A stretch of DNA of 64,000 nucleotides from Candidatus Kerfeldbacteria bacterium (GCA_963731735.1 CAVSWO010000002.1:64529-128528); one strand, 5' to 3'; positions 28,583 to 39,696 are shown, counted from the stretch's first letter. Numbers and translations are program-made. Notes: generated by a model from the sequence alone, not told the origin.

Positions 28583-29242
28583 TTAGGTCGTCGGCGTTTC
28601 ATCTTTGGCGAAGACTTCGCCTTTGTAAATCCAGACTTTAACGCCGATTCGACCGTAGGTGGTATGGGCTTCGCCCCGGCCGTAATCGATATTGGCCCGC
28701 AACGTTTGGAGCGGCAGCGCGCCTTGACTCAAGACTTCCGTGCGAGCAATTTCCGCGCCGTTCAATCGTCCGGCTACGTAGACTTTAACGCCTTTGGCGC
28801 CGGCCTGCATCACTTGTTCAATCGTGCCTTTCAGGACTCGGCGGAACGGTAGGCGGCGTTGCAGTTGATCAGCGATGTTCTCGACCATAATCTGAGCGGA
28901 CAGTTCGGGTTTCTGAACTTCTTGAATATTCAACTTGATGTTGACCTTGCCTTGACCCATCAACATCCGAGCCAGGCCTTTCCGTAACGCTTCAATCCCC
29001 TGACCGCCGCGGCCGATGACCACGCCCGGTTTTGAAGTGTGAATCGTGATCGTCAAATTTTGGAGGGAACGTTCAATTTCAACTTTGGCCACCCCGGCAT
29101 TCACCAGTTTCGTCTTTAAAAACTTGCGGATCTGGGTGTCTTGGCGCAACAGGGTGCTGTAATTCCGAGCCGAAAACCATTTTGAATTCCAGCCGGTGCT
29201 GACGCCGAGTCGAAAACTTTTTGGATGGACTTTTTGACCCAT
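28583..29242 (-). CDS. rpsC: 30S ribosomal protein S3
   Basis: [23 protein letters not shown]. Confidence 0.98.
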   Translation of the reverse strand: MGQKVHPKSFRLGVSTGWNSKWFSARNYSTLLRQDTQIRKFLKTKLVNAGVAKVEIERSLQNLTITIHTSKPGVVIGRGGQGIEALRKGLARMLMGQGKVNIKLNIQEVQKPELSAQIMVENIADQLQRRLPFRRVLKGTIEQVMQAGAKGVKVYVAGRLNGAEIARTEVLSQGALPLQTLRANIDYGRGEAHTTYGRIGVKVWIYKGEVFAKDETPTT

Positions 29243-29245
29243 AAA

Positions 29246-29785
29246 TTAGCTGGTTCCTTTCCGGGCAACACGCGCCCCTTCGGCTGATCGTCGCCGTGGC
29301 TTATCTTCCGCGGTCGCCGGTTTGGCCGTCGCGCGACGAGTCGTCGGCTTCGGTTTGGCTGGCGCGCCTTTGGCCGCCTCGGCTCCGAGGTTGGCAGGTT
29401 TGGCGGTCGACTTGGCCGCTGATTTGACCGGCTCGGCCGCGGGCTTGACGGCTTTACCGTCTGACAGCACTACGGTCACGTGGCTCATGCGTTTCAAAAT
29501 TTCGGCCGCTCGGCCGAAGGCGCGAGGTCGATACCGTTTCAACCGCGGGCCTTCGTTGGCGACAATTGATTTGATGAATAAATCTTTTCGTTCAAGTTTA
29601 AAGTTATGTTCCGCGTTGGCGATCGCCGATTCAATCAACTTCGTAATCGGACGCGCCGAGCGTTTCGGCAAGACGGATAACTGTTCCAAGGCCCGATCGA
29701 CCGGTAGGCCGCGAACCACATCAATCACCAACCGAACTTTTCGGGGTGCGATTCGCAGAAAACGTAGATGAGCGCGAACCAGCAT
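29246..29785 (-). CDS. rplV: 50S ribosomal protein L22 with Ala/Lys-rich C-terminal extension
   Basis: APRKVRLV, SAIANAEHN, PRAFGRA. Confidence 0.96.
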   Translation of the reverse strand: MLVRAHLRFLRIAPRKVRLVIDVVRGLPVDRALEQLSVLPKRSARPITKLIESAIANAEHNFKLERKDLFIKSIVANEGPRLKRYRPRAFGRAAEILKRMSHVTVVLSDGKAVKPAAEPVKSAAKSTAKPANLGAEAAKGAPAKPKPTTRRATAKPATAEDKPRRRSAEGARVARKGTS

Positions 29786-30118
29786 TTATTTAGCTCCCTC
29801 CTTAGCCGGGGCCGCCGGGGTCTTGGCGGCCGCGTCTTGGGCGGTTTCCAATTCCTTCTGCATCTTTCCACCGTGGCGAACAAATTTCCGCGTCGGAGAA
29901 AATTCTCCAAGCCGATGGCCGACCATATTTTCAATCACGGAAACGGACACATGATCCTTGCCGTTATGGACGCCAAAGGTGAATCCAACCATTTCCGGGG
30001 TGATAACTGAATCGCGCGACCAGGTCTTAATCACCGTTTTATCGCCCGATTTTAAGCGGGCTACCTTTTTCAGCAGTTTCGGATCCGTGAATAAACCTTT
30101 TTTGAGTGAACGTGACAT
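29786..30118 (-). CDS. rpsS: 30S ribosomal protein S19
   Basis: [23 protein letters not shown]. Confidence 0.97.
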   Translation of the reverse strand: MSRSLKKGLFTDPKLLKKVARLKSGDKTVIKTWSRDSVITPEMVGFTFGVHNGKDHVSVSVIENMVGHRLGEFSPTRKFVRHGGKMQKELETAQDAAAKTPAAPAKEGAK

Positions 30119-30121
30119 AAA

Positions 30122-30964
30122 TTAGGATTTTGATTTACGACGAGTAACAATCATCCGATCGGAATATTTTGGCGAGCGCCGGGTGCGAACGCCCAGGGCC
30201 GGTTTCCCTTGCGGCGTCTTCGGGTGCTTCAAACCAATTGGCTGGTTGCCTTCACCGCCGCCGTGCGGGTGATCCACCGGGTTCATGGCTTTTCCGCGAA
30301 CGGACGGGCGAAAACCCTTCCAGCGGGTCCGGCCGGCTTTACCCCAGCGGACATTTCCGTGATCGACGTTTGAAACCTGACCGATCGATGCGGTATTACC
30401 TTTCGGAACCTGACGAATTTCTCCTGACGGAAGTTTGAGTAACGCGTAGTCGCCCTCAACCGACATAACGGTCGCGGATGCTCCAGCCGAACGCACGATA
30501 GCGCCTCCGCGGCCAGCCGTCAATTCAATATTATGGACCGGCACACCGGTCGGAATGTTGGCTAGGCTGGTACGGTTACCCGGTTGGATATCAACTTTGC
30601 TGAGTGAGCTGACCACCGATTGACCAACCTGCAGGTTGGTCGGCGCCAGGATATAGCGCTGCTCACCATTGGCGAATTTGATTAAGGCCACGTGAGCTGA
30701 CCGATTCGGGTCATACTGAATGTCCAAGACTTCGGCTGGTTGATCCAGGCGGGCCTGGCGAAAATCGACCAGACGGTAAAATCGCTTGTTACCGCCCCCA
30801 CGGTGGCGAACGGTAATCTTGCCTTGAAAGTTCCGCCCGGCTTGCTGCGGACGCGGCACCAGCAATTTTTTGACTGGACGCGCCCGTTTGGTCAATTCAT
30901 GATAGGTATTGACCGACGAACGGCGGCGGCCGGGACTGGTTGGTTTGTAGATGCGAACAGCCAT
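30122..30964 (-). CDS. rplB: 50S ribosomal protein L2
   Basis: YDPNRSA, AMNPVDHPHGGGEG. Confidence 0.98.
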   Translation of the reverse strand: MAVRIYKPTSPGRRRSSVNTYHELTKRARPVKKLLVPRPQQAGRNFQGKITVRHRGGGNKRFYRLVDFRQARLDQPAEVLDIQYDPNRSAHVALIKFANGEQRYILAPTNLQVGQSVVSSLSKVDIQPGNRTSLANIPTGVPVHNIELTAGRGGAIVRSAGASATVMSVEGDYALLKLPSGEIRQVPKGNTASIGQVSNVDHGNVRWGKAGRTRWKGFRPSVRGKAMNPVDHPHGGGEGNQPIGLKHPKTPQGKPALGVRTRRSPKYSDRMIVTRRKSKS

Positions 30965-30965
30965 A

Positions 30966-31463
30966 TTAGACATTCATAACATCAATGGTTTTTCCATCGG
31001 GCAGGGTCACAATCGCTTTTTTCCGCCCGCGGGTTCGGCCGTAGAGCCGTCCATAGCGGACCATTTTTCCCAGGCGGTTCATACTATTGACCGCCACCGG
31101 CCGCACGCCGTAGACGTTCTGCACGGCATTTTGGACATCAGCTTTAGTCGCTTCCGGATGAACTTCAAACGTATATTGACCGGCTCGACGCGAGCTTTTT
31201 TCCGTTACGACCGGGCGCAGCAGCGTTTTGAAGGCTTGCTGAGACAAATCTTTCATTTCGGTTGACGCCGCCGGCTGCTTGGCCGGCGTCTCGGACGCAG
31301 CTGAGGAAGGTTTGGCATTTTGATCCGGTTTCTTCTTTGGCTCGGCTTGGCTCGAGGGAACCGAAGCAAAAGCGCGTTTTTTGGTCGCTTCGGCCGCTTC
31401 ACCTTTGCTCGGTGCTTTGGCGGCTTTACCCTTGTTGCTTGTCCAGCGATCGAAAATTCCCAT
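30966..31463 (-). CDS. rplW: 50S ribosomal protein L23 with ~70-aa N-terminal extension
   Basis: RPVVTEKS, ATK..V..AV...YGV, KKAIVTL. Confidence 0.93.
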   Translation of the reverse strand: MGIFDRWTSNKGKAAKAPSKGEAAEATKKRAFASVPSSQAEPKKKPDQNAKPSSAASETPAKQPAASTEMKDLSQQAFKTLLRPVVTEKSSRRAGQYTFEVHPEATKADVQNAVQNVYGVRPVAVNSMNRLGKMVRYGRLYGRTRGRKKAIVTLPDGKTIDVMNV

Positions 31464-31467
31464 ATGT

Positions 31468-32094
31468 TTATTTCACAAAGGTTTTTTCAATCACGGGCAA
31501 GGCATCCTGCGCAATGACGAGTTGCTGGTGCTTGACCACATCGTAGGTATTTAAACTATCGGCCCGAATCAGCAGAACGCCCGGAATATTGCGACCGGCT
31601 TTGACCGTTTCAGCCATCGAACTTGGTAACACGAACAGCGAGGTTTTGCGTTTTGGCAGGGCTTTGAGTAGGGCGGCCATCAGTTTCGTTTTGGCTTCGG
31701 ATAATTTGAGAGAGTCAACAACCACCACGCGTTCCGCCAGCGCTTTATCAGACAACGCCATCAGGAGGGCCTGGCGTTTGGCTTTCACGTTCATCTTCAC
31801 CGCGTAATTTCGGTTCGAACGCGGGCCGTGGACGACGCCGCCACCCTTCCACTGCGGAGAGCGAATTGATCCGTGACGGGCTCGCCCGGTGCCTTTTTGG
31901 CGCCATGGTTTACGGCCACCACCCCGGACCTCACCCTTGGTTTGGGTATGGGCCAAAACCTGTCGACGTCCGGCCAATTGCGTATTGACCGCTTGCTCAA
32001 TCAAGCCACGATTCGGTTTCAAGCCAAAAACCTTGTCAGCCAATTCGACTTGGCCGGCCGTTTCTCCGGTTTGCTTGTAGAGCGGGGCGTGCAT
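31468..32094 (-). CDS. rplD: 50S ribosomal protein L4
   Basis: GGGRKPWRQKGTGRARHGSIRSP. Confidence 0.98.
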   Translation of the reverse strand: MHAPLYKQTGETAGQVELADKVFGLKPNRGLIEQAVNTQLAGRRQVLAHTQTKGEVRGGGRKPWRQKGTGRARHGSIRSPQWKGGGVVHGPRSNRNYAVKMNVKAKRQALLMALSDKALAERVVVVDSLKLSEAKTKLMAALLKALPKRKTSLFVLPSSMAETVKAGRNIPGVLLIRADSLNTYDVVKHQQLVIAQDALPVIEKTFVK

Positions 32095-32095
32095 G

Positions 32096-32707
32096 TTAGA
32101 GCGATTGAATCATGACTAAACCATTCTGGGCGCCTGGGATGGTGCCTTTGATCAGGAGTTCGTTGGTTTCCGGTTTCACGGCGACCACGGTCAGGTTCCG
32201 AGTTGTAACGCGAGCATTCCCCATTCGCCCAGCCATCCGGGTTCCTTTCAGCACATGTTGCGGAAAGGTGGCGCCAATTGATCCCGGTGCGCGTAAATCG
32301 TGCTTGTGGCCGTGTGAGGCTGGAGCGCCGGAAAAATGATGACGTTTGACTACGCCCGCGAAGCCGCGGCCTTTGGAAGTTCCGGTTACCCGGACACGAT
32401 CACCGGCGGTAAACACCGAGACATCAATCGTTTTCCCGGGTTCGTAGCCTTCGGTCGTGTCGGTCCGAAATTCGCGGACCCAGCGAAACGGTCCAGCCTG
32501 ACCCCAAGCTTTGGTTTGCGGTTTCGACACCCGACGAGGTGATTTCTTCCCATAACCAAGCTGGACGGCTTGGTAGCCATTTTTGTCCGGTGTCCGGAGC
32601 TGCAGCACCATATTCGGTTGGGCTTGCACGACCGTGACCGGTACGACCACGCCGTCATCTTGGAAGATTTGGGTCATGGCCTTTTTTTGTCCGAGCAGGA
32701 ATTTCAT
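32096..32707 (-). CDS. rplC: 50S ribosomal protein L3
   Basis: K..MTQIF, GTSKGRGFAGVVKRH, RAPGSIG. Confidence 0.98.
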   Translation of the reverse strand: MKFLLGQKKAMTQIFQDDGVVVPVTVVQAQPNMVLQLRTPDKNGYQAVQLGYGKKSPRRVSKPQTKAWGQAGPFRWVREFRTDTTEGYEPGKTIDVSVFTAGDRVRVTGTSKGRGFAGVVKRHHFSGAPASHGHKHDLRAPGSIGATFPQHVLKGTRMAGRMGNARVTTRNLTVVAVKPETNELLIKGTIPGAQNGLVMIQSL

Positions 32708-32715
32708 GGGGGTAC

Positions 32716-32835
32716 GAATCGCGGCGGGGGCCAACATGACCACCGCCGCGGTGTCGCCCGCTCGCGCGGGCTCATGTTAGCTGTGTTGTCCGGGGATTAG
32801 GGCGACCAGTACATGTCTTGTCATCCCGGGAACTA
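32716..32835 (-). promoter_or_regulatory. Candidate structured (pseudoknotted) leader between rpsJ and rplC
   Basis: Interleaved 10-bp and 8-bp helices plus GCGA-tetraloop hairpin just upstream of rplC ATG. Confidence 0.5.
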
Positions 32836-32906
32836 CCGCCAAATTGATTGTGATCTTGTGTGAAGAGACTTAGGAATTGAGGTCCGGCAAATGGCCGGGG
32901 TAAAGC

Positions 32907-33242
32907 TTAAGATTTTATCTCGATGTCGACGCCGGCCGGCAGATTGAGTGAGGTTAAGGCGTCAACGGTCTTCGGCGTGGGGTCGATGATGTCGACCAAT
33001 CGCTTGTGCGTTCGCATTTCATACTGCTCCCGCGCGTTTTTATGGACGAACGAGGAGCGCTGAACCGTGTACTTGCTGCGTTCGGTCGGTAACGGGACGG
33101 GGCCTTTAATACTGGCACCGGTCCGGAGCGCCGTGTCGATGATCGTCCGGGTCGATTGGTCGATGATCTTGTGATCATAGGCCCGGATCTTGATCCGCAG
33201 CTTGGCGTGGACTTCTTCTTTGGGAGTCGTGGATTCAGCCAT
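32907..33242 (-). CDS. rpsJ: 30S ribosomal protein S10
   Basis: [27 protein letters not shown]. Confidence 0.98.
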   Translation of the reverse strand: MAESTTPKEEVHAKLRIKIRAYDHKIIDQSTRTIIDTALRTGASIKGPVPLPTERSKYTVQRSSFVHKNAREQYEMRTHKRLVDIIDPTPKTVDALTSLNLPAGVDIEIKS

Positions 33243-33272
33243 AGTGGGGTGGAAAGAGCGAACGCGAGTGAA

Positions 33273-34457
33273 TTACTTGATAATCTTGATTACGGCACCG
33301 GCGCCAACGGTGTGGCCGCCTTCGCGAATCGCGAAGCGTTGGTGTTCTTCGAGTGCGACCGGCGCAATCAGTTTGACGTTCAGTTTAATTTGGTCGCCCG
33401 GCATGACCATCTCGGTTCCGCTCGGAAGTTCAATTTCACCAGTTACGTCAGTCGTGCGGATATAGAATTGCGGTTTGTAGCCTTTGAAGAACGGCGTGTG
33501 TCGGCCACCTTCATCTTTGCTCAAGATATAAATCTCAGCTTCAAATTCCGTGTGTGGCGTGACGCTGCCCGGTTTGGCCAAAACTTGACCGCGTTCAACG
33601 TCTTCTTTTTTGGTACCGCGCAACAGTAACCCGGCATTATCACCGGCTTTTCCGGAATCTAGCTGCTTGTTGAACATTTCAATTCCGGTCACCACCGTTT
33701 TGGTAGTGTCTTTCAAACCGACAATTTCAACTTCGTCGTTGAGCTTGATTTCTCCGCGCTCAATACGACCGGTCACCACGGTTCCGCGGCCTTCGATTGA
33801 GAAGACGTCTTCGACTGGCATCAAGAACGGCAAATCGGTGGCTCGCTTCGGTTCCGGAATATATTCATCCAACTTGTTCATCAGTTCCATGATCTTGTCC
33901 TGGTACTGGGCGTCGCCTTCCAGAGCCTTCAAAGCCGAACCGCGAATGATCGGGGTTTCATCTCCCGGAAATTCGTACTTTTTCAGCAAATCGCGAACTT
34001 CAACTTCCACCAGATCAATCAGTTCCGGATCATCAACCATATCAACTTTGTTCAAGAAAACTACGATGTATGGCACACCGACCTGTTTGGCTAGCAGAAT
34101 GTGTTCACGCGTCTGGGGCATTGGGCCGTCAGCCGCTGACACGACCAAGATCGCGCCGTCCATCTGGGCGGCACCGGTGATCATGTTTTTGACGTAGTCG
34201 GCGTGTCCCGGACAGTCAACGTGCGCGTAGTGACGCTTTTCCGTCTCATATTCAACGTGCGCCGTGGCAATCGTAATTCCACGGGCCTTTTCTTCCGGCG
34301 CGTTATCAATGTCGGTTACCGCTTTGTGTTGCGCAACCAGACCCTTGTCGGCCAGGGTTTTTAAAATGGCCGCCGTTAACGTGGTTTTACCGTGGTCGAC
34401 GTGACCAATGGTACCGACGTTGACGTGCGGTTTCGAGCGATCAAACTTATCTGCCAT
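33273..34457 (-). CDS. tuf: Elongation factor Tu
   Basis: [26 protein letters not shown]. Confidence 0.99.
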   Translation of the reverse strand: MADKFDRSKPHVNVGTIGHVDHGKTTLTAAILKTLADKGLVAQHKAVTDIDNAPEEKARGITIATAHVEYETEKRHYAHVDCPGHADYVKNMITGAAQMDGAILVVSAADGPMPQTREHILLAKQVGVPYIVVFLNKVDMVDDPELIDLVEVEVRDLLKKYEFPGDETPIIRGSALKALEGDAQYQDKIMELMNKLDEYIPEPKRATDLPFLMPVEDVFSIEGRGTVVTGRIERGEIKLNDEVEIVGLKDTTKTVVTGIEMFNKQLDSGKAGDNAGLLLRGTKKEDVERGQVLAKPGSVTPHTEFEAEIYILSKDEGGRHTPFFKGYKPQFYIRTTDVTGEIELPSGTEMVMPGDQIKLNVKLIAPVALEEHQRFAIREGGHTVGAGAVIKIIK

Positions 34458-34501
34458 AGCAGAAGTGCATTACGAATAAAGCGCAAAAATATGCGTGGCG
34501 G

Positions 34502-34530
34502 ATTATATCAGTCAACCATGGATTTGGCAA
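34502..34530 (-). promoter_or_regulatory. Sigma70 promoter of tuf-S10 operon
   Basis: TTGCCA-17 bp-TATAAT. Confidence 0.75.
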
Positions 34531-34578
34531 GTGTCTTGACAAATATCTCGCCGGCGATGATCCTGGGGAATGTATTTT

Positions 34579-34680
34579 TTGGCTAATCTTAGCCAATTAT
34601 TATCATATTTTTCGGCTGCAGTTGCGAAAATCGGTCAAATACAGCCTGCCATGATTTATTTTTTTGCTAAGGTTAGCCAA
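34579..34680. promoter_or_regulatory. Pair of 18-bp palindromic operator-like sites
   Basis: TTGGCTAATCTTAGCCAA (34579-34596) and TTTGCTAAGGTTAGCCAA (34663-34680). Confidence 0.55.
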
Positions 34681-34726
34681 ATAAAAGCAGTTGTACACAG
34701 ACTTCCCACGTCTTATCCCGTTTAAC

Positions 34727-35266
34727 CTATTTTTTTAGGTGTTCTGCTCGTGCGAATAACCACCGGCCCGTCAGCACGTCCCAAACAAAAACGCGCAAAT
34801 GCGGAATGGTAAACTCTCCCGAAATATCGATTTTCTTCAATTCCGCTTGGAGTTTTGCAAACTCTTCGTGCGGGATTCGATTAGCGACCGTCACGTGATG
34901 TGAGGCCGGGGCGGTCCAATCGACCGGCGGACGCATTTCCGCCGCCACAATTTCCGGGATCTGCCGAGCTAATTTTGCCCGAACATCCTTGGTCCCCTGC
35001 TCGCCGGTTTCTAACCACAACACATTTGAACGCTCATGAGTAAAAGCGCCCCAACCTTGGAGTTTGACCGGAATATTGACCTCCATCGATTCAATCGCTT
35101 GAATTGCGGCCTCGGAGAGATCGCTGGAAAATGGCGCCACGATCGTAATATGGGGTGGCAACCATTGCTTCGACCAATGGTCATACTGCATGCGCAAATC
35201 CTGGACATCTTTGGCCCAGGGATCAGGAATCGGTGCAATGATGACGTACCGTTGAGAAAATCGCAT
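34727..35266 (-). CDS. 2H phosphoesterase (2'-5' RNA ligase family)
   Basis: Two HxT motifs: PHITI and HHVTV. Confidence 0.85.
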   Translation of the reverse strand: MRFSQRYVIIAPIPDPWAKDVQDLRMQYDHWSKQWLPPHITIVAPFSSDLSEAAIQAIESMEVNIPVKLQGWGAFTHERSNVLWLETGEQGTKDVRAKLARQIPEIVAAEMRPPVDWTAPASHHVTVANRIPHEEFAKLQAELKKIDISGEFTIPHLRVFVWDVLTGRWLFARAEHLKK

Positions 35267-35350
35267 AAGCAATCCGTATGTCGGACTCGCAGCGTACCAA
35301 ATGCTCCCGCGGTTGTCCAGGTGGACAGGGCCAAACCGGTCAGTCGAAAA

Positions 35351-35945
35351 TTATAAATGACTGGTATCATTCAATCGTTCGAGTTTCGGGTGGTGGTCTT
35401 GATCAAAATCCACCACGGATACTCCGGTATTGTCGTGCCGGTACTCCGGATGAAAAGACGCGTCACCATGAAACATGATAGTCAGCAGGCTTCGAATAAC
35501 TCCCCCATGACTAACCACCACCACCGTTGCCGGCTGTGCCTGTCCAAGCAATTCCCGGTACCATTCCCGGACTCGTTCGTGTAAATCGTGCCATGATTCC
35601 CCGCCGGGGGCTCGGTAATGATGCATGGGGATGCCTGATCGGGCTTGGTGCTGCTCGTATACTTGCATAGCCTGGCCTTCGAGAGCTCCGCTACTTTTTT
35701 CCCGTAATCGCGGATCATAGAGCGATTTCAACCTCGGGATGAAATTGCCGGATCGCCTCGGTAGTTTCCGAAGCGCGCTGCAAATCACTGCTATAAATTT
35801 TATCAATCTGGATTGAGCGCAACCGTTCTCCTACCCGTTGGGCTTGGGCTCGACCGAGCGAATTCAGTTTTCCAAATCGATGACCCTGCACCAAGCCTTG
35901 GGCTAACGCATCTGTGTATCCGTGTCGAATGATGATGAGACGCAT
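35351..35945 (-). pseudogene. Histidine phosphatase family protein, frameshifted near 35725 (possible assembly error)
   Basis: RHG, YSSDLQRA in one frame; DPRLRE, GGES, VSHGG in another. Confidence 0.8.
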
Positions 35946-35996
35946 CGGGTGAAGTATACCAAGCCTGCACAAAAAAAGACCACCCAAGGGGGGTGG

Positions 35997-36350
35997 TCAC
36001 GTGGTGGGAACAGCTGCCAAACACTTCGGTAGGTGCTGATGACGGAAGCGCCGCAGCTGTTGCTGCGTATGAACGTCCAGGCCCTGGTTGTTTGGCGGAA
36101 TACACCGTTCCGGATGAGCCTGCAATTTCAGCAGATCATGCTCGAGTGCCGCGCTGAACGGTTGCGTGACTGATTCGTCGTCAAACGCATGCCCCAGATC
36201 GAGACGTTCCCGGGCGCTGAGTTCATACATGACGTGGTGAACCAGTCGCCGTTGGGCGGTCGTTTCGTATGACAGTTCCAACGCGTCCAGAATCATCTTG
36301 AGGCGTATCAGGGTCATCCGTCCGCCCGGTTTGGAATGAGTTTCAGCCAT
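35997..36350 (-). CDS. Hypothetical protein, weakly YwgA/winged-helix-like
   Basis: GGAGG RBS; TTGACC-17-TAGAAT promoter; LGHAF...QPFSAALEHDL pattern. Confidence 0.55.
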   Translation of the reverse strand: MAETHSKPGGRMTLIRLKMILDALELSYETTAQRRLVHHVMYELSARERLDLGHAFDDESVTQPFSAALEHDLLKLQAHPERCIPPNNQGLDVHTQQQLRRFRHQHLPKCLAAVPTT

Positions 36351-36434
36351 CCGACCCTCCCTGGTAAAAGGTGCGAAAAAGGTATGGGCGATTCTAGCAA
36401 ATATTTGTCTGGCGGTCAATCCGACCGATTCGAC

Positions 36435-36466
36435 AAAACCCCGCCGGCCCGTTGGGCCGGCGGGGC
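36435..36466 (-). terminator. Intrinsic terminator after fusA
   Basis: CCCCGCCGGCCC/GGGCCGGCGGGG stem then TTTT on minus strand. Confidence 0.75.
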
Positions 36467-36482
36467 ATAGCTTTCGCTGGAG

Positions 36483-38570
36483 TTACTTACCTTCAGCTTT
36501 GGCTTTGTCGCCCGCGATTGTTTCGGCCACGTTCCGCGGTACTTCCTGGTAATGCGAGAATTCCATTGAATACGACGCCCGGCCTTGGGTCATTGATCGA
36601 ATGCTGGTTGCGTAACCGAACATTTCGCCCAGCGGTACATCGGCGTGAATGACTTTAGCCTGTCCGCGTTCCGTCATTTCTTTAATCAGGGCTCGCTTTG
36701 AATTCAAATCGCCCAGGACGTCACCCATGTTCGGTTCAGGCGTGATGACTTCAACTTTCATGATTGGCTCAAGCAGGACTGGTTTCGCGCGCTTGGCCGC
36801 ATCTTTAAAACCCATCGATCCCGCGATTTTGAAAGCCGCTTCAGATGAGTCGACTTCGTGATACGACCCGTCGAACACCGTGGCTTTAATGTCGACCATC
36901 GGGAAACCCGCGATCACGCCGTTGTCCATGGCTTCTTTGATGCCTTTATGAATCGGTTGGACGTATTCCTGGGGCACGACGCCGCCTTTGATCTCGTTCA
37001 CGAACTCAAAGCCCTCACCGCTGGCTTTCGGTTCAACCCGGATCCAGCAATGGCCGTATTGCCCGCGACCGCCCGACTGACGGATATATTTCCCTTCACC
37101 TTCAGCGGTCGCCGTGATAGTTTCCCGATAGGCAACGCGCGGCCGGCCGACATTGGCGTCGACTTTAAATTCGCGCTTGAGCCGGTCAACAATAATTTCC
37201 AAATGCAATTCGCCCATGCCGGAAATTACCGTTTGGGCTGTTTCTTCATCCGAGCGAACACGGAACGTTGGATCTTCTTCCGCCAACCGCGCCAAGGCCA
37301 TGCCCATTTTCTCCTGGTCCTGCTTGGTCTTCGGTTCAATCGCAATATCAATCACCGGTTCCGGGAAGGTAATGTTTTCCAGTTTGACCGGATGATCGGG
37401 ATCAGACAGCGTGTCACCGGTGACCGTTTCTTTCAAACCGACCGCCGCCGCGATATCGCCCGCGAAGACTTCCTCGACCTCTTCCCGGCTGTTGGCATGC
37501 AGGCGGACAATTCGACCGATGCGTTCTTTGTTGCCGGTCGTCGTGTTCAAAACATACGAGCCAGCCGTTATTGTTCCGGAGTAGACGCGGAAAAAGGCTA
37601 GCTTCCCCACGAACGGATCGGCCGCAATCTTGAAAGCCAGTGCGGCAAACGGCGCCGCGTCATCGGTCGGGCGTTCCACTTCTTTTTCGGTGCCCACTTC
37701 AACACCGACGACCGGTGGTACGTCCAGCGGACTCGGCAAGTAGTCAATCACCGCGTCGAGCAGCATTTGCACGCCTTTGTTCTTGAGGGCCGAGCCACAC
37801 AAGACCGGTACCAACTTGTTGGCGATCACCGCTTTGCGCAAAACCGGCTTGAGTTCCTCAATGGTCGGTTCGGTCCCGCCCAAGTATTTTTCGAGTAACG
37901 TATCGTCTTGTTCGGAGATGGCTTCGATCAAGGCGTGACGATATTTCTCGGCCTGGGCCTTGAGATCTTCCGGTACCTCCGAATCTTCCCACTCTTTGCC
38001 GGCTTCATCCTTAAAAATCCGGGCTTTCATGGTCAAGAGATCGACGATACCCGTAAAGGTTTCAGCCGCGCCAATCGGCATTTGAATCGGGTAAGCCGAG
38101 GTCGTCAGGCGCTCATGAATCGATTGCAAATCAAAGGCGAAGTCGGCTCCCATCCGATCCATTTTATTGATGAAACAAATCCGGGGGACTTTATACTTTT
38201 CCGCCTGGTGCCAGACCGTTTCTGATTGCGGTTCCACGCCGGCCACCCCGTCAAATACCACCACCCCGCCGTCGAGCACGCGCAGACTGCGCTGGACTTC
38301 AACCGTGAAGTCAATGTGTCCCGGCGTATCGATCAGGTTGATTCGATTTTTATTCCAGAAACAGGTGGTGGCGGCGGCGGTAATCGTAATCCCGCGTTCC
38401 TTTTCCTGCTCCATCCAGTCCATTTCGGCCTCCCCCTCGTGGACTTCACCAATTTTGTGCTTCTTGCCGGTGTAATACAAGATGCGTTCCGAGACCGTGG
38501 TTTTCCCAGCGTCAATATGGGCGATAATCCCGATGTTCCGTGTATTCTCTAAACTATATTCTCGTGCCAT
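36483..38570 (-). CDS. fusA: Elongation factor G
   Basis: [35 protein letters not shown]. Confidence 0.99.
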   Translation of the reverse strand: MAREYSLENTRNIGIIAHIDAGKTTVSERILYYTGKKHKIGEVHEGEAEMDWMEQEKERGITITAAATTCFWNKNRINLIDTPGHIDFTVEVQRSLRVLDGGVVVFDGVAGVEPQSETVWHQAEKYKVPRICFINKMDRMGADFAFDLQSIHERLTTSAYPIQMPIGAAETFTGIVDLLTMKARIFKDEAGKEWEDSEVPEDLKAQAEKYRHALIEAISEQDDTLLEKYLGGTEPTIEELKPVLRKAVIANKLVPVLCGSALKNKGVQMLLDAVIDYLPSPLDVPPVVGVEVGTEKEVERPTDDAAPFAALAFKIAADPFVGKLAFFRVYSGTITAGSYVLNTTTGNKERIGRIVRLHANSREEVEEVFAGDIAAAVGLKETVTGDTLSDPDHPVKLENITFPEPVIDIAIEPKTKQDQEKMGMALARLAEEDPTFRVRSDEETAQTVISGMGELHLEIIVDRLKREFKVDANVGRPRVAYRETITATAEGEGKYIRQSGGRGQYGHCWIRVEPKASGEGFEFVNEIKGGVVPQEYVQPIHKGIKEAMDNGVIAGFPMVDIKATVFDGSYHEVDSSEAAFKIAGSMGFKDAAKRAKPVLLEPIMKVEVITPEPNMGDVLGDLNSKRALIKEMTERGQAKVIHADVPLGEMFGYATSIRSMTQGRASYSMEFSHYQEVPRNVAETIAGDKAKAEGK

Positions 38571-38574
38571 AGGC

Positions 38575-39400
38575 TTACGCTTTAACGAAATCGATCAGTT
38601 GTTCAAGGGTAAATTTAGTTGGTTGTTGTGGACTGCCCACATCCGTATTTGAAACCAGGATTTTATGGCTTTGATGCAGATACCAAGAACCCGGTTCGCG
38701 TTGATTCAGAATATCGTAAATAGGCTGCAGGTCAACCTGACTGGTAGCCGGGGCGCGGAAATCGCCAAAGGGTTTGGTTGGATCGGTTTGGACCCGCAGA
38801 ACGAAACCGTGGTGGTAGGCAAACACATCGCTCCCGCGGAAGGTTGAATGGACAGCTACCGCTTTCCCCCACTCAGACTCAAATTCAATCCGTTTGTCCC
38901 AGTCCAATAAGAATTTCGCGTATTCTTTCAAGTTCGCGTAGACCGCGTCGATAATTTCCAAGCCACGATCCATCATCACGCGACTGGGATCCTTTGGGTT
39001 CCGCAGCGCGAAGCCTCGCAAGATGGCCGGAATTGAAAAACTGATATACAACGGATCGGTAATTTCCCATTGGCCAGTGTCTTCTTTGTGCGTATAATCA
39101 ACTACCAGTTCAATCGCTTTCTGCTTGGCGGCGTCATTCGGAATTAAGCCGCGGTGTAGGAGATCATGATAGACCAATTGGCAGGCCGAATGCCCGGCTT
39201 GGCGGCCGTGTTCATCATACTTGACCGCGGCCCACCCCGACCGGCACATATTGCTCGCCCGGTGGAACGTCACCGCCAGTCGGCGTGTTGGCAATAAAAT
39301 GAAAATCACAATCGCGCATGGCCGGATCATATTTCCGAAGCAGCCAAGCCGCGGTGACTTCATCGAGATGCGGTTTACGATGGGTCACGAAGGTTTTCAT
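38575..39400 (-). pseudogene. MYG1/DHH-like metal-dependent hydrolase, frameshifted near 39223 (possible assembly error)
   Basis: VTHRKPHLDE N-terminus; GVGRG|KYDEH split across frames; WYLH.S...L near C-terminus. Confidence 0.65.
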
Positions 39401-39696
39401 GACGAATGCTCCTCACGCCAATGGGTGGTCACCCCTAACATATCCGAATGATAGTCAATCAGTTGGTGTTCGGTCGCAATCAATGTTTGATGGACCGGTG
39501 CCAATAGTTTGGCCGGGTATTCCTGCAAGACGCTCGCCTCAGTCAAATCGGCGGCGATGTTTGGAGTTTGTCGCTCCAAAATATTCAGACTAATTCGTAA
39601 TCCGGCCTCAACCGCTTTTTCGGCTTTTTCAATGATGGCTTGCATTTCAGGCGGATACGCTTCCATCACATCACCTACCGCTTCATCCGCCATCAC
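39397..39696 (-). CDS. Hypothetical protein
   Basis: ORF overlapping neighbours inside str operon. Confidence 0.55.
   Translation of the reverse strand: MMADEAVGDVMEAYPPEMQAIIEKAEKAVEAGLRISLNILERQTPNIAADLTEASVLQEYPAKLLAPVHQTLIATEHQLIDYHSDMLGVTTHWREEHSS

Noticed and set aside
35715-39400. Programmed ribosomal frameshifting in the phosphatase and MYG1-like genes
   Set aside because: No slippery sequence or stimulatory structure at the shift sites; the same +1 pattern in unrelated genes points to assembly error.
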